Part shown: one piece after another, positions 1 through 8,568 of the stretch
How the letters are laid out: every line of letters starts with the position of its first letter
Numbering within the stretch: position 1 is the first letter of the stretch
Assembly: GCA_020200095.1 (NCBI GenBank)
Contig: JAIVJJ010000235.1
Coordinates: 6,140 to 70,139, forward strand
Direction of reading: 5' to 3'
Length of the DNA: 64,000 bases
DNA from: Acidobacteriota bacterium
Lineage (GTDB): Bacteria > Acidobacteriota > Blastocatellia > Pyrinomonadales > Pyrinomonadaceae
Notes under the pieces: generated by a model
What the model saw: only the letters and a program-made list of their open reading frames with translations
What the model was told of the DNA's origin: nothing
Database searches by the model: none
Position numbers and translations under genes: made by a program

Positions 1-184
1 CCGCAAAGCATTTCTCCATTTAAGTTACGGAAATTTTGTGCTGAAAGCGATTCGAGCAGCATAAGTCTATTTTACCACACAGGCAGTTTCAATTTATGAT
101 GAGAAAAGTTTAATGTTTGCAATAATACCGAATTGTGATTTAAGATTTTTTACATTAATTTTAACCTGATATAAATTAACGACA

Positions 185-493
185 TTGGCTGCCATTGCCG
201 ATATCGGCAGAAATTTTATTGACCGGAGAAAAAAGTTTGTGAGCAATACGAAAATTGACAGACGTGAAGACGTTAATCCTGAAGAAGGCGAGCGTAAATA
301 CGGCGACGTGAAATTTGCCGATTCGGTGAACAATAAATATCCGATTGATACCCCGGAACACGTACGCGCCGCTTGGAATTATATCAATCACGAAGACAAC
401 GCCGCTAAATACGACGCAGATGAAGTTAAAACAATCAAAAACTGTATCAAACGTGCGGCAAAACAACACGGCGTAGAAATTAGCGAAGATTAA
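185..493 (+). CDS. small conserved hypothetical protein (DUF6582-like)
   Basis: 102-aa ORF with a TTG start in the track; true start uncertain. Motif KYGDVKFAD..NKYPIDTPEHVRAAWNYI resembles a widespread small-protein family (recognised from memory only). Confidence 0.45.
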   Translation: MAAIADIGRNFIDRRKKFVSNTKIDRREDVNPEEGERKYGDVKFADSVNNKYPIDTPEHVRAAWNYINHEDNAAKYDADEVKTIKNCIKRAAKQHGVEISED

Positions 494-536
494 ACAAATA
501 AAATTATCGTTGTTAATGAGCAAGATGATTTGAATT

Positions 537-1862
537 ATGCATGATTTGATTGAAAAAATTCGGGAAAAAGCAGTTGCGTTAAACGGAACAAACGACGTTG
601 CCGATGAAATTCTCGCGCTCGTCGGCGAATCGCGTTTTGTTTTAATCGGCGAAGCCTCGCACGGAACGCACGAGTTTTACGAATCCCGCGCCGAAATTAC
701 CAAACGCTTAATTGCCGAGAAAAACTTTTCCGTTGTTGCGGTCGAAGCCGACTTTCCAGACGCTTTTCGTGTTAATCGTTACGTTCGCGGGTTAGGCAAC
801 GATGCAACTGCAAATGAGGCTCTTTCGGACTTTCAACGCTTTCCGCTCTGGATGTGGCGCAATGCCGTTGTGCTTGATTTTGTAGATTGGCTGCGCGCGC
901 ACAACAATAATTTAGAAACTGCGGCTAAAATCGGATTTTACGGTATAGATTTATATAGCCTGCACGCTTCGATGGAAGCCGTTCTCAATTATCTCGATAA
1001 AGTTGATCCGGAAGCGGCAAAAATAGCGCGTTCACGTTATGAATGTTTCGACCATTTCGGAGAGGATGCGCAAAGTTACGGTTATGCCGCAAGTTACGAC
1101 CAAAGATTTTCTTGTGAAGATGAAGCCGTAAATCAACTTGTTGAATTACAACGCCGCGCCGCAGAATACGCCAATCGGGACGGTTTTGTCGCCCGCGACG
1201 AATATTTTTTTGCCGAGCAAAATGCGCGGCTAGTGAAAAATTCCGAAGAATATTATCGTTCGATGTTTCGCGGGCGCATTTCAAGCTGGAATCTGCGCGA
1301 CCGGCATATGGCGGAAACTCTTCACGCTTTAGCGGCGCATCTTGAAGAACAAGGACAACCTCCGAAAATTGTCGTTTGGGCACACAATTCACATTTAGGC
1401 GATGCCAGAGCTACCGAAATGGGCGAACGCGGCGAATGGAATGTTGGTCAACTCGTGCGCGAAAGATACAAAAATGAAACTTGTTTAATCGGCTTTTCAA
1501 CGCACGCGGGAACAGTCGCGGCAGCAGACAATTGGGACGAACCCGCACAGCTAAAAAAAGTTCGACCTTCGCGCAAAGACAGTTATGAACAGATTTTTCA
1601 CCAAACCGAATTACCACAATTTTTTCTGAATTTGCGCGACGAAGAAATACAAGAGCTTTTGCGTCGTCCACAGCTTGAACGCGCCATCGGCGTTATTTAC
1701 CGACCGGAAACCGAGCGCGTCAGCCACTATTTTACCGCCGTTTTGTCTGAACAATTTGACGGCATAATTCATTTTGACGAAACACGTGCCGTTGAGCCTT
1801 TAGATAAAGTGGGAAGTTGGTCGCACGAAGACTTACCGGAAACTTTTCCGGAAGGGCTATAA
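537..1862 (+). CDS. erythromycin esterase family protein
   Basis: 441 aa. LIGEASHGTHEFY...AVEADFPDAFRVNRYVRG and later WAHNSHLGD fit the erythromycin esterase (Pfam PF05139-type) signature. Confidence 0.8.
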   Translation: MHDLIEKIREKAVALNGTNDVADEILALVGESRFVLIGEASHGTHEFYESRAEITKRLIAEKNFSVVAVEADFPDAFRVNRYVRGLGNDATANEALSDFQRFPLWMWRNAVVLDFVDWLRAHNNNLETAAKIGFYGIDLYSLHASMEAVLNYLDKVDPEAAKIARSRYECFDHFGEDAQSYGYAASYDQRFSCEDEAVNQLVELQRRAAEYANRDGFVARDEYFFAEQNARLVKNSEEYYRSMFRGRISSWNLRDRHMAETLHALAAHLEEQGQPPKIVVWAHNSHLGDARATEMGERGEWNVGQLVRERYKNETCLIGFSTHAGTVAAADNWDEPAQLKKVRPSRKDSYEQIFHQTELPQFFLNLRDEEIQELLRRPQLERAIGVIYRPETERVSHYFTAVLSEQFDGIIHFDETRAVEPLDKVGSWSHEDLPETFPEGL

Positions 1863-1995
1863 TTATTTTCAACTATACTTTCTGACTTTTCAGCGATTGC
1901 GATTTGCCTCTAATGTCCAAACAAGCAATTGTTTTGGTAATATCAATAGTGTAATTTATGAAATTTTCAGCAATGCCGATCTAAATTATAACCTG

Positions 1996-2718
1996 TCAAA
2001 CCGCTCTCGCCAGCGTTAAAATATAAACCCTCCGGGCGCCGTTTTCTTTTAGAACTTTAGCGCAACTTGAGACGGTCGCGCCCGATGTAAAAACATCATC
2101 AACTAAAAGAATCGTTTCGCCTTCGATAAATTTTGCGCGTTTTACCTCAAACGCATTTTTAACACTTGTTGCCCGCGCTTTATTGTCCATTCCGACTCGG
2201 TGCATCGGCGTATGAACTCTGCGAGCAAGGCTTTGTTCATCAAGCGCGACGCCTGTTTGTTCGGATAAAATTTTGGCTAGAATTGCAGCTTGATTAAATC
2301 CACGCTCTAAAAAGCGCTTTTTTGAAAGCGGAACGGGAACTACTTTTGTAGTGTCTTGAAAAGCTGAATTCTGAAAGCGTGAAACAAAAAGTTTTTTCAA
2401 GCGTTTGGCAACGAACGTCTCACGTTTAAGATGCAAAACGGAAGCTGAAAGCGCGTGTTCATAACTACCTACGGCGCAGGCGGCATCATAGAAATGTTCG
2501 TCGCAATGATGACAGAAGGTTTGAAAGTTACTAGGTTTTGCTTGCAGAAACGCGCCGCATTTATGACATAAAGTTTCCTCGCCGAAAAAGATGCGCGTTT
2601 TTTTCCAACATGCCCGGCAGGCAACGCCGTCGGACGAATTTTCAACACTATTTTGACAGATTTGACAGGCTTGCGGGTAGGTGAGAGTTAAAAGGGAATC
2701 GTAAATTTTCTGTAACAT
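1996..2718 (-). CDS. ComF family protein (phosphoribosyltransferase domain)
   Basis: N-terminal Cys clusters (CQICQ, CRACW, CHKCG, CHHC) plus PRTase motif LLVDDVFTSGAT. ATG at 2718 is preferred over the track TTG at 2739, which lies inside a heptamer repeat. Confidence 0.8.
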   Translation of the reverse strand: MLQKIYDSLLTLTYPQACQICQNSVENSSDGVACRACWKKTRIFFGEETLCHKCGAFLQAKPSNFQTFCHHCDEHFYDAACAVGSYEHALSASVLHLKRETFVAKRLKKLFVSRFQNSAFQDTTKVVPVPLSKKRFLERGFNQAAILAKILSEQTGVALDEQSLARRVHTPMHRVGMDNKARATSVKNAFEVKRAKFIEGETILLVDDVFTSGATVSSCAKVLKENGARRVYILTLARAV

Positions 2719-2727
2719 AAAAGAAGA

Positions 2728-2806
2728 GGCAAAAGGCAAAAACTTTAATCTTAAATTCAGCCGAAAAATTATCCTCGCTGATTAGAAATTTATTTCGCCT
2801 TTTGCC
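2728..2806. repeat. heptamer-built inverted repeat (GGCAAAA x2 / GCCTTTTGCC)
   Basis: GGCAAAAGGCAAAA at 2728-2741 and complement GCCTTTTGCC at 2797-2806 give a stem of at least 10 bp. It spans the dksA-like/comF-like spacer and ends 9 nt upstream of the comF-like ATG. Confidence 0.8.
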
Positions 2807-2826
2807 TTTCTACTTTTTAGTTTATT

Positions 2827-3180
2827 TTAATCTTCTTCAAGCAATCCCTGCTCAAGCAGTTCCTGACAATTCAGACAGTAACGCGCCCACGGAACCGCGT
2901 CAAGACGTTTCGGGTTTATTGGCTTTTCACAGTTTTGGCACAAACCGTATTCGTCTTCCTGAATTCTTTCCAGTGCTTCGTTAACCAAAAGAAGCTGCCG
3001 ACTTTCATTTTCCGAAACTGCCAGCATTACATTTTTTGAATAGTTTCTAACCGCCAAATCCACCGGGTCGGGCGTTTCGGAAGCATCAACCGAAAGGTCG
3101 TTGCCACTTAGTTTTGACAAGATAATCTCGCGTTCGGCGAGGAGTCTGTCTTTAATTTTTCCTAAATTTGATTTGCTCAT
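2827..3180 (-). CDS. DksA/TraR family C4-type zinc finger protein
   Basis: 117 aa with C-terminal CQNCEKPINPKRLDAVPWARYCLNCQ four-Cys finger. Its start overlaps the rlmH stop by 4 nt (ATGA). Confidence 0.85.
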   Translation of the reverse strand: MSKSNLGKIKDRLLAEREIILSKLSGNDLSVDASETPDPVDLAVRNYSKNVMLAVSENESRQLLLVNEALERIQEDEYGLCQNCEKPINPKRLDAVPWARYCLNCQELLEQGLLEED

Positions 3181-3632
3181 TTTTGATATGGAAACCCCTT
3201 GATTATTGTAAAAGCACGATAAAGCTGTTCGATTAAAACGACCCGCGCCATCTCGTGCGTCAAAGTAAAACCTGATAAAGATAAACTAAAATCAGTTTTT
3301 TCGACAACCTCAGGCGTTACGCCTTCCGCGCCGCCAATAACAAAAGCTACTACCTTTAAGCCGCGATTTTGCCAATTTTCAATTGTTTCGGCTAAATCGT
3401 GCGAGGAAAGTGATCGTCCCTTAACGTCTAACAAACAGACGGAAGTGCTTTGATTCACTTTTTCCAAAATGCGTTTGCTTTCAATTTCCTTTACTTCCTG
3501 CGCCGCGCCGCCGTCTTTGATTTCCGTAACTTCACATTTCACAAAATGCGAGAGACGCTGCAAATAGTCTTCCTGCAACGCCCGCCAATTTTTATCTTTT
3601 GTTTTGCCGACCCAAATAAAATGAAAGCGCAT
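3177..3632 (-). CDS. rlmH: 23S rRNA (pseudouridine1915-N3)-methyltransferase RlmH
   Basis: 151 aa. MRFHFIWVGKTKD...FVIGGAEG...LSLSGFTLTHEMARVVLIEQLYRA is the SPOUT RlmH signature. Confidence 0.9.
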   Translation of the reverse strand: MRFHFIWVGKTKDKNWRALQEDYLQRLSHFVKCEVTEIKDGGAAQEVKEIESKRILEKVNQSTSVCLLDVKGRSLSSHDLAETIENWQNRGLKVVAFVIGGAEGVTPEVVEKTDFSLSLSGFTLTHEMARVVLIEQLYRAFTIIKGFPYQK

Positions 3633-3660
3633 TTTTAGAATTTTGGATTTTAGATTTGTA
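3633..3660. repeat. degenerate tandem heptamer array
   Basis: TTTTAGA ATTTTGG ATTTTAG ATTTGTA (period 7) directly abuts the rlmH start codon (3630-3632). No Shine-Dalgarno motif in between. Confidence 0.7.
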
Positions 3661-3706
3661 ATCGAAACTTTGCAAAAACTTTAAGGTTTAGAATTGTGAT
3701 TGAATT

Positions 3707-4339
3707 TTATGCAAAGATTTGGGTCCTTTGATGTGAAAAATCGTGTGTTTCGATTAATCCTAAAATCCTTGCCGCAATCTTTTTTCCGCCTTCGCTGGAA
3801 GGCTCGATTTCATTTGCATAATTGCTTTTTTCATTGCAAATCAAGCGCAAATCCAAAACCGGAACGCCTGCTAAAATCGCTTGGCGAAAGATTACGTCGT
3901 TAAAAACGCTTAAAGCCGCGACCGCGATTTTTTGCAGCGCATCATTCGGAAAATTCGGATAATAAATCGTGCAAACCGCTGTCGGGAGATTTTGACCTAA
4001 AACTGTTTCGAGCATTCTTGCATAATTCAATTCAAAATTTTTCGCGCGATTTGCCAAAACGCTCAAAACTTCCGCCGCCGAATTTGCATTCATCTGCAAA
4101 ACATCGGCGTTCATAAGCGCGTCGTTTCCGCCGCCGCTGACGATTAAATGCGTCGCCCCATTGGGAATTTCCTTCACTTGTCGGCTAACATTTTCAATTA
4201 CGCTTCCATCAACGGCTTTCAAACTCGCCTGCCAATCCTGCGGAATCATTTCGCGCAAATGTTCGGTAACGTCAAATTCGCCGCCGACATAACGCTTGTT
4301 GTCAAAAACCGAATCGCCGAGAAGAACAATATGCGCCAT
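3707..4339 (-). CDS. SGNH/GDSL hydrolase family protein
   Basis: IVLLGDSVFDN (block I Ser) and SGGGNDA motifs. ATG at 4339 (MAHIVLLGDS) is preferred over the track start 4378. Confidence 0.7.
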   Translation of the reverse strand: MAHIVLLGDSVFDNKRYVGGEFDVTEHLREMIPQDWQASLKAVDGSVIENVSRQVKEIPNGATHLIVSGGGNDALMNADVLQMNANSAAEVLSVLANRAKNFELNYARMLETVLGQNLPTAVCTIYYPNFPNDALQKIAVAALSVFNDVIFRQAILAGVPVLDLRLICNEKSNYANEIEPSSEGGKKIAARILGLIETHDFSHQRTQIFA

Positions 4340-4354
4340 AAAAGTAAAAAAGCG

Positions 4355-4421
4355 GAAAAGTGAAAAAGCAAAACACATATACAGGAATCACAAAACTAAC
4401 CTTTAAACCTTTTCACTTTTC
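4355..4421. repeat. intergenic inverted repeat built from heptamer-like units
   Basis: GAAAAGTGAAAA (4355-4366) pairs with TTTTCACTTTTC (4410-4421): 12-bp perfect stem, 43-nt loop, filling the rsfS/SGNH spacer. Confidence 0.75.
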
Positions 4422-4425
4422 AACT

Positions 4426-4854
4426 TTAAATGTTTTCTGGAATCTGGACTTTTTTAGCATCGCGCCAGAGTCGTTCCAAATCGTAAAACTCGCGCGATTT
4501 TTCCTCAAAAATATGCACGATAAAATCGCCGTAATCGAGCAAAATCCACTCCGCGCCGCGATAGCCTTCGATGCGAATTGGACGCGCGTTTAACTGTGCT
4601 TTCAACTGCTCGCTGATTTCATCGGAAATCGCCTGCACCTGCCGCTGGTTTGCGCCGCTGGCAATAACAAAAAATTCAGCAAAACTCGCAATCTCGCGTA
4701 AATCAAGCGCGACTATATTAAAAGCCTTTTTCTCGCTCGCAAAATGCACGGCAAGTTTTACAACTTCATCAACTTCTTCAAATGGCGTTACCGCTTGGAT
4801 GAAATCGGCGGTTTTTGTTTCGTGCTGTAAAGATTTTTCCTGTATTGCTTCCAT
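4426..4854 (-). CDS. rsfS: ribosome silencing factor RsfS
   Basis: 142 aa. NIVALDLREIASFAEFFVIASGANQRQVQAISDEI...WILLDYGDFIVHIF matches RsfS/YbeB. Sits downstream of nadD, as is common. Confidence 0.9.
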   Translation of the reverse strand: MEAIQEKSLQHETKTADFIQAVTPFEEVDEVVKLAVHFASEKKAFNIVALDLREIASFAEFFVIASGANQRQVQAISDEISEQLKAQLNARPIRIEGYRGAEWILLDYGDFIVHIFEEKSREFYDLERLWRDAKKVQIPENI

Positions 4855-4889
4855 AATTTGTCACACATTCATCAATAATTTTCTTTGGT

Positions 4890-4917
4890 AAATAATAAAT
4901 GATAAATGCTAAATGTA
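4890..4917. repeat. tandem heptamer array (AAATNNT x4)
   Basis: AAATAAT AAATGAT AAATGCT AAATGTA. Overlaps the nadD stop codon and lies upstream of rsfS. Confidence 0.7.
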
Positions 4918-5577
4918 AAGTTCGTATTTTTCGATGTGTTTTGCAACCGCTTGCGGCACATCTTCGCACCAATCATCTTGTTTTTCTCGAATTTTCCGGC
5001 GAATTTCCGTTGATGAAACATCTATTTGAACGGCATTGGTGATGTATATTCGTGAGTCGTTTCGGCGCTGACTGCTGGTTGCTGACTGCTGGTTGCTTTC
5101 TCTCAAATCAACAATTCTCGCCCGAATCGCTTCTGTAACGTGCGAAAAACCAATTTCAAAACCCGGACGAGTGACGACAACGACATTCGTTAGCGTCAAA
5201 ACCGTTTCCCATTCGCGCCAAGTTGTAATTTCTTCCCACGAATCCGCGCCCATTACAAAGAAAATTTCCGCATCGGTCAATTCATTTTTTAATTTTGTTA
5301 GAGTTTCAAAAGTATAAGGTTTCTCCGGCGCATCGAGTTCCATTTTTGAAACTCGAATTTTCGATTCATCGTTCGTCGCTAAACTAAGCATCGCAAAGCG
5401 ATGAAAAGCGGAAGTTGGTTTTTTGTCTTTTTTGTGCGGCGCGTGAAATGCGGGAATGAAGACGAATTCATCCAGCTCAAACAATCCGGTCAATTTATTT
5501 GCAATCTCCAAGTGCCCGTTGTGAAACGGGTCAAACGAGCCGCCGTAAAACGCGATTTTAGTCGTTGTAGCTGACAT
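4909..5577 (-). CDS. nadD: nicotinate-nucleotide adenylyltransferase
   Basis: [16 protein letters not shown] (HxGH nucleotidyltransferase motif). 222 aa. 20-nt overlap with the obg 3' end. Confidence 0.9.
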   Translation of the reverse strand: MSATTTKIAFYGGSFDPFHNGHLEIANKLTGLFELDEFVFIPAFHAPHKKDKKPTSAFHRFAMLSLATNDESKIRVSKMELDAPEKPYTFETLTKLKNELTDAEIFFVMGADSWEEITTWREWETVLTLTNVVVVTRPGFEIGFSHVTEAIRARIVDLRESNQQSATSSQRRNDSRIYITNAVQIDVSSTEIRRKIREKQDDWCEDVPQAVAKHIEKYELYI

Positions 5578-6601
5578 CTATTTTTTCTTTCGCTTCATTT
5601 TGCGTAATTTCGCTTAACTTTTGCGCCACCAAATTAACTAATTCTCTTGTTCCTTGGTTAGTTACGGCGGAAATTTGCAAAAACGGTTTACCGTCTTTTT
5701 CAGCGAGCTCACGCAAACTTTCCAATCTTTCCGGTTCGTCGAGCGCGTCAATTTTCGTCGCCACGACCACTTGCGGTCTTTCGGCTAAATCCTGATTATA
5801 ATTTGCCAATTCACGATTTATAATTTTGTAGTCTTCATTTGCATCGCGCCCGGAAATTGAAGAAACATCTACAAGATGCAAAATCAATTTCGTGCGCTCG
5901 ATGTGCCGCAAAAATCTGTCGCCGAGACCCGCACCTTCCGACGCGCCTTCAATAAGCCCGGGAATGTCGGCGACGACAAAAGTGTTGAATTCGCCCAAAT
6001 CAACCACGCCCAAATTAGGCTCTAAAGTCGTGAACGGATAATCAGCAATTTTCGGTTTGGCGGCGGAAATGACGGATATTAAAGTTGATTTTCCGGCGTT
6101 CGGAAATCCGACTAAGCCGACATCGGCAATCAATTTTAATTCAAGCTGCAGTTCGCGCTCTTCGCCCGGTCTGCCCGTGTAATGATAGCGAGGAGCGCGG
6201 TTTGTCGAGGTTGCGAAATGTTGGTTTCCCCAACCGCCTTTTCCGCCTTTTGCCGCCAGAAAACGCTGTTCGGCTTCAGTAAAATCAAAAAGCAATTCCT
6301 CGCTTTCGGCGTTAAAAACCTGCGTTCCGATCGGAACTTTAATATTCACGTCCGCGCCGTCTTTGCCGTGCCGATTTGAACCCTCTCCGTGTCGTCCGCG
6401 CTCGGCTTTGTGTTCAGGATTATAACGTAGATGCAGCAATGTATTGACGCCTTCATCGGATTCGAGCCAAACGTCTCCACCTTTGCCGCCGTCGCCGCCC
6501 GAAGGTCCGCCGCGCGGCACAAACTTCTCGCGCCGAAAAGCCGTTACGCCGTCTCCACCGTTGCCGGCTGATACTTTGATTTTTACGCGGTCTATAAACA
6601 T
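5558..6601 (-). CDS. obg: GTPase Obg/CgtA
   Basis: [44 protein letters not shown] Obg fold, then G-domain motifs [17 protein letters not shown]. Confidence 0.95.
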   Translation of the reverse strand: MFIDRVKIKVSAGNGGDGVTAFRREKFVPRGGPSGGDGGKGGDVWLESDEGVNTLLHLRYNPEHKAERGRHGEGSNRHGKDGADVNIKVPIGTQVFNAESEELLFDFTEAEQRFLAAKGGKGGWGNQHFATSTNRAPRYHYTGRPGEERELQLELKLIADVGLVGFPNAGKSTLISVISAAKPKIADYPFTTLEPNLGVVDLGEFNTFVVADIPGLIEGASEGAGLGDRFLRHIERTKLILHLVDVSSISGRDANEDYKIINRELANYNQDLAERPQVVVATKIDALDEPERLESLRELAEKDGKPFLQISAVTNQGTRELVNLVAQKLSEITQNEAKEKIDVSYND

Positions 6602-6753
6602 TCGTTAATTGTAGAATGTCTAAACGGCATTGGCAAAATGTTGAATTTAGTTATGTTCTTGAAACAAAATAAATTGGGTTTTGATTGAGTCAATTAGTCA
6701 AAAAAGGCAACTCGTCAAACAAATTGTTAGAAAATCTGGTATGAAACAGTATA

Positions 6754-6799
6754 GGAAAAAAACGAATGCGTCGCTTCGATTTCTCAAAACGACGCATCC
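6754..6799 (-). terminator. strong intrinsic terminator
   Basis: Minus strand: AUGCGUCG-UUUGA-GAAA-UCGAA-CGACGCAU, about 14 bp of stem with a GAAA tetraloop, followed by UCGUUUUUUU. Confidence 0.75.
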
Positions 6800-7200
6800 A
6801 TTATTCCTTAACCGAAATACCGAAGTATTCCTTTTAAAAGGTTAGCGAATCTCACATGTACACGCTTGATTCGCCGATTTTGTATTCCGAAGAGACTCGC
6901 GGCGAGTGCATCTCCGGTCAGCACACAAAATGTTTGCACATCTTGCTCGCGTTTCTTGCGAAACGCTGTGCCACTAGGTTTTTGTTGTGGTGGCTTTTCC
7001 TCCACCGCCGGTTACGATTCCCGGCAACGAGGCTCAATGCCGAAGCAATGAGCGACTTCGCACCTTTTGGCTGTTCCTTTCCAAATGGCGTTGTTCGTTT
7101 TTATCCGAACAACTCAAAAAGTCTTGCGACCTTTCTTAGCAAAGCCTTTCGGCTTCGATTCAGGGCGTAAATAGCAACTCGCTTCCGTCTTTCGTAACTG
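6754..7200 (-). ncRNA. candidate structured non-coding RNA of unknown class (or structured independent transcript)
   Basis: ORF-free region. The minus strand folds by eye into about 10 consecutive hairpins, many with GNRA/UUCG tetraloops (7142-7155, 7118-7133, 7090-7113, 7032-7053, 6949-6966, 6816-6829 etc.), and ends in the 6754-6799 terminator. The 5' end is not defined. Confidence 0.35.
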
Positions 7201-7242
7201 TGGAAAAGTTTTGCTCTTGCCTGTGGATAACTCTGTGGAAAA
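7199..7242 (-). promoter_or_regulatory. cluster of three DnaA-box-like 9-mers
   Basis: Plus strand has TGTGGAAAA (7199-7207), TGTGGATAA (7222-7230, perfect complement of TTATCCACA) and TGTGGAAAA (7234-7242), all in the same orientation. Confidence 0.4.
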
Positions 7243-7546
7243 CTTCGCAAGTGTTTTTAGGTCAAAATTTAAAAATTCAGGTAGTTTTGATTGAATGCGA
7301 CAAGACCTGTGCAAAACTGTCAAAATCGTTTGTGAAAAAAAATTTTCAAATCGAAAAAAAATTAGTCTGAGGGCAATTTTTTGACAAAAATTTATTCAAA
7401 ATGCGAATTTCTTCCGAGATTTTCGTTGAACATATCGAACTCTGATGAATTTTTCGTGTCGAAAATTTGAAATGATTAAGGCGGCTTCCTTTTCATTCTA
7501 TTCAAAATTATAGAGCCAAACCACGTCGAGTTGCCTTCGTCCGCGC

Positions 7547-7592
7547 GAGAAAAAGATGCCGACGCTATGTTGAATCACAAAACGCCGGCATC
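7547..7592 (-). terminator. putative rpmA terminator
   Basis: Minus strand: GAUGCCGGCG...CGUCGGCAUC (10 bp, one mismatch, 18-nt loop) followed by UUUUUCUC, 35 nt after the rpmA stop. Confidence 0.5.
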
Positions 7593-7626
7593 ATCTTTTC
7601 GCTATTTAAATTTAGCTATATAAAAC

Positions 7627-7911
7627 TTACGCCGCTCTCGGCTCTAATTCCGTTGCCCCTTCCAAGTAGACACTGATGAATTTGCCTTTCGGACCTTTGT
7701 TTTCAAATTTGACGAAGCCGTCAATCAAAGCAAAAAGCGTGTCGTCTTTACCGCGTCCGACATTTTTGCCCGGTTTCCATTTTGTTCCGCGCTGACGCGC
7801 CAGAATGTTACCGCCGCGAACCTTTTCGCCGCCGAATTTTTTCAAGCCTAACCGCTGCGCGTTTGAATCGCGTCCGTTTCTCGATGAACCTACACCTTTT
7901 TTATGTGCCAT
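7627..7911 (-). CDS. rpmA: 50S ribosomal protein L27
   Basis: [29 protein letters not shown] is the canonical L27 N-terminus. 94 aa. Confidence 0.97.
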   Translation of the reverse strand: MAHKKGVGSSRNGRDSNAQRLGLKKFGGEKVRGGNILARQRGTKWKPGKNVGRGKDDTLFALIDGFVKFENKGPKGKFISVYLEGATELEPRAA

Positions 7912-7916
7912 AATTC

Positions 7917-7988
7917 GATTTTGGATTTTGGATTTTGGATTTTGGATTGAAAAACCAATCGCAAATCAAAAATCGCAAATCGCAAATC
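7917..7988. repeat. two adjacent tandem heptamer arrays (GATTTTG x4-5; AATCGCA x4-5)
   Basis: GATTTTG at 7917, 7924, 7931, 7938 (perfect) plus a partial unit. AATCGCA/AATCAAA units at 7957-7988. Together they fill the rplU-rpmA spacer. Confidence 0.9.
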
Positions 7989-7991
7989 CTC

Positions 7992-8282
7992 CTAAATTTT
8001 GTCAATTTTAATTTCCGTATAATCTTGACGATGACCTTTTTTGCGTTTGTATTGTTTGCGGCGTTTCTTTTTGAAAACAATGATTTTCTCGCCGCGCCCA
8101 TGTCCGACAACGGTTGCCTGCACGGTTGCTGCGCCGATTTTTAAGCCTTCACCTGCGCCGCTTAAAAGAGCTTCGATTTCAATTGCTTCACCTTCTTTTT
8201 TGTCAATCGAAGGCACGCGCAAAGTTTGCCCATCTTCCACCGCAAACTGCTTTCCGCCTGTTTTTATTATTGCATAACTCAT
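7992..8282 (-). CDS. rplU: 50S ribosomal protein L21
   Basis: [23 protein letters not shown] is the canonical L21 start. ATG at 8282 is preferred over the track start 8369. Confidence 0.95.
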   Translation of the reverse strand: MSYAIIKTGGKQFAVEDGQTLRVPSIDKKEGEAIEIEALLSGAGEGLKIGAATVQATVVGHGRGEKIIVFKKKRRKQYKRKKGHRQDYTEIKIDKI

Positions 8283-8568
8283 TTGTTTATTGTCTCCATC
8301 GCTACAGGCAACGAATTGCTTGTTAGTCGAAAAACATTGATTATACGAAATTATTTTGGAACTGGTCAAATCCGTTAGTGCGTAGTGAGCAAATTAATTT
8401 GATAATAATTCCAAAATTAAGAAAGGTTAACCCGTCGGCTCAATTAAAATCAGAGAAATTTATCAGTAATATCCGCAAATAAATTATTTTGACTTTTGAT
8501 CTGAACAAGCGTAAATTTTACTTTTATAAATTTGTGAAACTTTTCTCAAAATTTTGACGAGGTGAAAA

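Noticed and set aside
7007-7025. T-arm-like hairpin GCCGG-GAAUCGUAA-CCGGC followed some distance later by ...GCCACCA, hinting at a tRNA or tmRNA 3' end.
   Set aside because: The loop is 9 nt, not the 7-nt TPsiC loop. The CCA is 20 nt too far away, and no acceptor, D or anticodon arms can be drawn.
6754-7200. Tried to read the structured rpmA-obg spacer as tmRNA, RNase P RNA, SRP RNA or 6S RNA.
   Set aside because: There is no GGGG...ACCA acceptor pairing and no ...ALAA-type tag ORF. The GAGGAAAGUCCGG and ACAGAAxCCGGCUUA RNase P blocks are absent. GGAAAGGAACAGCCAAAAGG superficially resembles SRP helix 8, but the 5' strand lacks the conserved AGG/GGAA-closing context. The class is left unassigned.
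6808-7323. Short ORFs in the rpmA-obg gap (6808..7005, 6856..7170, 6866..7051, 7114..7323).
   Set aside because: They overlap one another on both strands, have Cys/Arg/Leu/Phe-rich non-protein-like composition, and lack Shine-Dalgarno motifs. The region is better explained as RNA structure.
7199-7500. Calling the DnaA-box cluster plus A/T-rich tract the chromosomal origin (oriC).
   Set aside because: There are only three boxes, no dnaA/dnaN/gidA/parAB context, and no skew information in a 64-kb window. It is kept as a finding, but not annotated as oriC.
7917-7988. Repeat arrays (here and at 47169, 48167, 48552, 53723, 62341) considered as CRISPR.
   Set aside because: The period is 7 nt with no spacers, the arrays are 20-35 nt long, and there are no cas genes. 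These are microsatellite-like tandem repeats.
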